Shown here: in pieces, positions 59,631 through 64,000 of the stretch
Layout: the number at the start of each line of letters is the position of its first letter
Numbering within the stretch: position 1 is the stretch's first letter
From: Myxococcota bacterium
GTDB taxonomy: Bacteria; Myxococcota_A; UBA9160; JAFDDA01
Length of the DNA: 64,000 nt
Direction: 5' to 3'
Assembly: GCA_965228475.1 (NCBI GenBank)
Contig: OZ245817.1
Coordinates: 480,001 to 544,000, forward strand
Translations under genes and position numbers: made by a program
The notes under the pieces: model-generated
The model's input: the letters and a program-made list of their open reading frames with translations, nothing else
Database searches by the model: none
What the model was told of the DNA's origin: nothing

Positions 59631-60527
59631 TCAGGGGTCGGCTTTGACTTCGTTCTCGATGGGTGGGAGCGAGCGGAGGTAGGTCGCCATCGCCAGGAGG
59701 TCTTCGGGCGGGAGGTGGGCGTAGCCGTGCTCGATGACCTCGGACATGAGTCCCTGCGTATCGTCGCCGTCGGGCTTGATGCCGGTCTCGAGGTACCAGG
59801 TGAGGTCGGCCTCGGACCAGTCGCCGATCCCGGTCTCCACGTGGGGCGTGATGTTCGGTGCGAGCTCGCCTTCGGGGCCGTCCTTCGAGCCGGCCAGGAA
59901 GAGGCTTCGGTCGAGCCCGCCGGTGAGGGTGCGCGGCGAGTGGCACTCGCCGCAGTGGGCCGGGCCGTTCACCAGGTACGCGCCCCGGTTCCAGGCGTCC
60001 GAGCGCGCCGGATCCGGCTCGAAGGGCCGCGGCCGGAAGTTCAGCAGCTTCCAGCCTGCGACGGTGAAGCGCCAGCGGAAGGGCGGCGGGGCGTCCGGCG
60101 GCCGGTTCGCGCGGCGCACGGCCGGGAGCGACATCAGGTAGGCGTGGAGATCTTCGAGGTCCCGCCGCGTCATCGAGGCGAAGGCGGGGTACGGGAAGAC
60201 CGGGAAGTAGTGGGAGCCGTCCGGCGCCAGGCCTTCGGTCATCGCGCGGATGAAGGCCTCGACGCCGAGCTCGCCGATCCCGGTCTCCGCGTCCGGCGTC
60301 AGGTTGGTCGAGTAGAAGACGCCGAAGGGCGTCTCGAGCCCGCGGCCTCCCGCGAGCTCCGGTGCGTCTGCGCCCTCCCCCGGGTAGTTCGTGTGGCAGG
60401 TGCAGCCGCCCGTCGCGCGCAGGACCGCTTCGCCCCGGAGCGGGTCCGGAAGCTCGGACGCCCCCGCCGCGGCGGAGGCGAGCCACGCGGCGAGCGCCGC
60501 GGCGAAGCGAAGGCGGCCCGGCCTCAC
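59631..60527 (-). CDS. Periplasmic di-heme cytochrome c; first site is CxCH
   Basis: Signal ending AGA; GGCTCHT; LAGG..L.TPFG.FYSTNLTPD.ETGIG; YFPVFPY; HCGECHSPR. Confidence 0.9.
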   Translation of the reverse strand: MRPGRLRFAAALAAWLASAAAGASELPDPLRGEAVLRATGGCTCHTNYPGEGADAPELAGGRGLETPFGVFYSTNLTPDAETGIGELGVEAFIRAMTEGLAPDGSHYFPVFPYPAFASMTRRDLEDLHAYLMSLPAVRRANRPPDAPPPFRWRFTVAGWKLLNFRPRPFEPDPARSDAWNRGAYLVNGPAHCGECHSPRTLTGGLDRSLFLAGSKDGPEGELAPNITPHVETGIGDWSEADLTWYLETGIKPDGDDTQGLMSEVIEHGYAHLPPEDLLAMATYLRSLPPIENEVKADP

Positions 60528-61012
60528 TTCTTCTTGTACGACTCTTCCTTGGGCTTGCGGAAGGGCTTGTGACAGCCGCCGCAGGACTTGCCGAGGTCCT
60601 TGAAGGCGGCCTTCACCGCCGCGGGATCGCCGTCGTCGGCGGCGTCTTCGAGGGCGTCGGCCGCGGCGGCGAAGTCGTCGATCGCCTGCTGGAACTCGCC
60701 GGGCTTCGTCCAGATCTCGGCCTTGGCGTCGGTGGCGAGGTCCGCCGTCTGCTTCTCGAAGGCGCTCGCCATGAGGGCGGCCGCGTCTTCCATGCGGTTC
60801 GCATGGAGGGCCACGTTCGCCGTGAACGGCAGCCCGTGTTTCAGGATGTCGCTGATGGCGCCCATGTCGGAGCCGACGCCGGACATCAGCTTCTGCCGGT
60901 ACTCGATGTGGTTCTTGTCTTCTGCGGCCATCGCTTCCGGGGCCCCGACGAGAGCGGCTCCGGCGACCACGACGGCCATCCCTGTCATCCACGCGGACGA
61001 GATACGAATCAC
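60524..61012 (-). CDS. Cytochrome c' / c556 (class II)
   Basis: Signal peptide; IEYRQ..M, AKAEIW, C-terminal CGGCHKPFR. Confidence 0.92.
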   Translation of the reverse strand: MIRISSAWMTGMAVVVAGAALVGAPEAMAAEDKNHIEYRQKLMSGVGSDMGAISDILKHGLPFTANVALHANRMEDAAALMASAFEKQTADLATDAKAEIWTKPGEFQQAIDDFAAAADALEDAADDGDPAAVKAAFKDLGKSCGGCHKPFRKPKEESYKKK

Positions 61013-63999
61013 GCGACTCCCTCCTCTTGCGGACGATGCGCGCCCGCGCGCGGAAGGGTATCGCCTCGCTCGGCTCGCCGCTTGGCGCGCCGGGTCTCGT
61101 AGCGGCGGATCGAGACGTAGGCGCACGGCACGAAGACGAGGGCCAGCACCGAAGCCCCGAGCACGCCGCCCGCGATGGCGGTGGCCAGGGGCGGCCAGAA
61201 ACGGCCCCCGAAGAGGATCAGCGGAAGGAAGCCGCCGATCGTGGTGAAGGTGGTGGCGAGGATGTGGCGCGAGGATTCGATCACCACGTCTCGCGTCGGG
61301 CCGATCTCCCCGTGCGCGGCGCGCGGGTCGCCCCGGAGCCCCGAGAGCACGACGATGCTGTCGTTGATGGCGAGCCCGACGAGGCCCATCGTCCCGACGA
61401 TCGCGAGGAAGCCCATCGGGTAGCCGAAGGCCCAGACCCCGAGCATGGCGAGGCCGATCGAGAGGAAGGCCACGGCGAAGATCACGCCCGCCAGCCGGAA
61501 GGAGTTGAAGGAGAGGATGATCGTCCCGAGCATGATCACGAAGAGCGGCAGCGCGAAGGCCATGAGGTTCGCGAGCGCTTCGCTGCGCTGCTCGCTCTCA
61601 CCGCCGAGCTCGATCCGGTAGCCGTCCGGGAGCACGAAGTCCGAAGCGTCGAGCCTTTGGCGGAAGTCGGCCAGGGATTCCGCGATCAGGGTATAGGGCT
61701 GCAGGAAGGCCTGGACCGTGTTCGAGCGCTCGCCGTTGCGGCGCGTGATCCCCGAGAGCTCCGGCACCAGTGCCACTTCGCCGACCGCGGCGAGGGGGAC
61801 GCCGGCGATGCCGCGCGGATCCCCCGGCCGGCCCGCGGCGACGAGGGCGTCCCCGGCGATGTCGCCGAGCGAGGCGCGATGGTCGCCGCGCACCCGCACG
61901 CGGACGGGGATTTCCTCGGTCCGTTCGAGGATCGAGCCCCCGACGGCGCCTTCGAGGCTCGCGTTCAGCTGGCCCGCGATCTCGTCGAGCCGCAGGCCCG
62001 CGAGCCGGGCCTGCACTTCGTCGGCGCGCACGAGGAGCTTCGGTTCGCCGGCCGAGACCTTGGCGACGGTGTAGGTGACGTCGTCGGTCTGGGCGAGCAC
62101 GCTGCGCACGTCGTCCCCGAGGCGGCGCAGCTCGGCGAGGTCCGGGCCGATGATGCGGATCTCGATCGGGGCGTCGAAGGGCGGACCCTGCTCGAAGGGA
62201 AGGGCCACGATGCGCGCCTCCGGGAAGGCCGCGATGAGTTCGCGCTGGAGCTCCGGCAGGAGCCCCTCCGTGGCGTCCGGCGACTTCGTCGTGACGAAGG
62301 CGGCCGCGGCGCTGCTCACGCCTTCCGACGAGCCGAGCATCGTGTAGAAGACCCGCGGCGGGGAGTCGCCGACGAACCAGTGACTCTCGAGGACCGCGTC
62401 GTGCGCGTGCACGATCTCCCGTGCGCGTAGCGCCTGGCGCCGGGTCTCCGCGATCGAGGCCTGGGAGGGCAGGGTCAGCTGGAGCTGGAACTGGTTGCGG
62501 TCGTTCGGCGGGAAGAACTGCTCCGGCAGCGTACGCGCGGCGAGGAAACCGGCGATCGGCATCACGACCGCGATCGCGAAGCCGAGCCAGGGGCGGGCGA
62601 GCACGACGTCGAGGAAGCGTCCCCAGGCCGCCGTCAGCCGGGCGCTCGTGAAGCCGTCCTTCCAGAAGGGCGCGCGCTCGCCTTCCTTGGCCCGGGCCAC
62701 GGCGTTGGCGCTCGTCGTGAAGGCGGCGAGCGCCGGGATCAGGGTCATCGCGATCAGGAAGGAGCTCGCGACGGCGAGGCCGACGCCGATCGAGATCGGG
62801 CCGACGAACTCCCCGGCACCGCCGGGCATGAGAACGATCGGCAGGAAGGCGAGGATCGTCGTCAGGGTCGAGGCGAACAGCGGCACGCGCAGGTGCCCGA
62901 CGGTCGCGGCCAGCGCCTGACCGCGCGTCACGCCGCGCCGGAGGCGGAGGTCGTACTCGTCCACCACGACGATCGCGTTGTCGATCAAGAGCCCGAGCGC
63001 GATGATGATGCCGGTGACCGAGGTCTGGTGGAGCGGGACGCCCAGCCAGTTCAGCTCGGCGAGCACCATGCAGACCGTCAGCGGAAGCGCCGAAGCCACG
63101 ACGAGGGCGTTCCGCGCGCCCATCATGAAGAACAGGATCGCGACCACGAGTCCCGCCCCGAGGAGCAGGTTCCCGACCAGGGAGCCGAGACGCTCCTCGG
63201 TGTAGAAGCTCTGGTCGAACAGGACCTCGTAGCCGATGCCCGCCGGGACCTCGGGGCGGTACTCCTCGACGACCCCGTGGGCGGCGTCCGCCCAGAGGTC
63301 GACGCGCCGGTTCGACTCCATCGTGGCGCTCACCGCCACGCCGCGGGTGCCCGAGAGCCAGGCCTCGTCCCCGACCGGCTCGCGGACGGTCCGTTCGACC
63401 GTCGCCACGTCGCCGACGCGCAGGACCCGGCCGCTCGTCTCGAGCAGGGGGATCGAGCGGATGCGCGCGAGCGAGTCGAGTTCGCCCGCGACCTCGATCA
63501 CGAGGTCGTTCGTATCGTGGCGGAGCTGCCCGGCCGGCACCTTCGCGTCCGCGGCCCGCACGGCGTTCGAGACCGCCGCCGCCGTCAGCCCGACGGAGGC
63601 CAGCACGTCCGGCGAGACCGTCACGCGGATCTCTTCCTCCGCCTCGCCGTAGAGCTTCGTCTCCTTGGTGCCGTCGAGGCTGCGCAGGCGGTTCTCGAGT
63701 TCGTCGGCGAGGCGGGTCATCAGGGCGAGCTGGGGCGGCCCGTCCCGCTCCCAGGTGAAGCCGACGAGCAGGGTGATCGCCGTCGAGGTCTGGTCCTCGA
63801 AGACCGGGGGACGCACGCCGTCGGGGAACTCGCCGCGTGCCTGCTCGACCCGGTCGCGCACCTTCGACCAGATTTCGTCGACGTCCTCCTCCTCGTACTG
63901 TTCGTCGAGTTCGAGGCGGATGAACGAGATGCCCGTGCGGGAGTCCGAGTCGATCTCCCGGATCTCGTGAAGTTCCTGGAGCTCGGCCTCGATCTTGTC
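61009..63999 (-). CDS. AcrB/AcrD/AcrF-family RND permease, 5'-truncated by window edge
   Basis: Frame open to the window end (DKIEAELQEL..I..IDS.SR.G.S); ALGLLIDNAIVV, GLAINDSIV, RHILATT.TT. Confidence 0.93.
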   Translation of the reverse strand, partial: DKIEAELQELHEIREIDSDSRTGISFIRLELDEQYEEEDVDEIWSKVRDRVEQARGEFPDGVRPPVFEDQTSTAITLLVGFTWERDGPPQLALMTRLADELENRLRSLDGTKETKLYGEAEEEIRVTVSPDVLASVGLTAAAVSNAVRAADAKVPAGQLRHDTNDLVIEVAGELDSLARIRSIPLLETSGRVLRVGDVATVERTVREPVGDEAWLSGTRGVAVSATMESNRRVDLWADAAHGVVEEYRPEVPAGIGYEVLFDQSFYTEERLGSLVGNLLLGAGLVVAILFFMMGARNALVVASALPLTVCMVLAELNWLGVPLHQTSVTGIIIALGLLIDNAIVVVDEYDLRLRRGVTRGQALAATVGHLRVPLFASTLTTILAFLPIVLMPGGAGEFVGPISIGVGLAVASSFLIAMTLIPALAAFTTSANAVARAKEGERAPFWKDGFTSARLTAAWGRFLDVVLARPWLGFAIAVVMPIAGFLAARTLPEQFFPPNDRNQFQLQLTLPSQASIAETRRQALRAREIVHAHDAVLESHWFVGDSPPRVFYTMLGSSEGVSSAAAAFVTTKSPDATEGLLPELQRELIAAFPEARIVALPFEQGPPFDAPIEIRIIGPDLAELRRLGDDVRSVLAQTDDVTYTVAKVSAGEPKLLVRADEVQARLAGLRLDEIAGQLNASLEGAVGGSILERTEEIPVRVRVRGDHRASLGDIAGDALVAAGRPGDPRGIAGVPLAAVGEVALVPELSGITRRNGERSNTVQAFLQPYTLIAESLADFRQRLDASDFVLPDGYRIELGGESEQRSEALANLMAFALPLFVIMLGTIILSFNSFRLAGVIFAVAFLSIGLAMLGVWAFGYPMGFLAIVGTMGLVGLAINDSIVVLSGLRGDPRAAHGEIGPTRDVVIESSRHILATTFTTIGGFLPLILFGGRFWPPLATAIAGGVLGASVLALVFVPCAYVSIRRYETRRAKRRAERGDTLPRAGAHRPQEEGVA

Positions 64000-64000
64000 C

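Overview
High-GC bacterial chromosomal window. The PEP-CTERM, Cys-type C-terminal sorting tail and Cys-rich secreted proteins suggest a Myxococcota/Deltaproteobacteria-like organism (inference). It opens with the 3' part of a peroxiredoxin-like gene read through an in-frame TGA followed by a SECIS-like hairpin (probable selenoprotein). Next come a tripartite RND pump, a DICT protein, tRNA-Arg(TCT), a His-rich ABC/DUF3299 metal module, a COG4337-type carbonic anhydrase homologue with an altered motif, a secreted metallophosphoesterase, a double TetR and two surface-sorted proteins behind a sigma54 promoter with a perfect 34-bp AT-rich palindrome. The middle holds a xylose locus (lacI-type, xylB, xylA, 2OG oxygenase, GH3), a large beta-propeller surface protein, a heme-c sensor kinase, secreted katG with a frameshifted oxyR, GST, HDOD, a Cys-rich PLA2-like protein and a penicillin-acylase-family gene. 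The end holds a five-gene cluster of exported unknown proteins around a Tat-exported DUF1513-like propeller (two share an MEGRGR motif), class I fumarase, AOR plus moaD, a cytochrome c' / CxCH cytochrome pair and a 5'-truncated RND gene. No integrase, transposase, CRISPR array or rRNA was seen. Family assignments come from motif recognition, not database searches.
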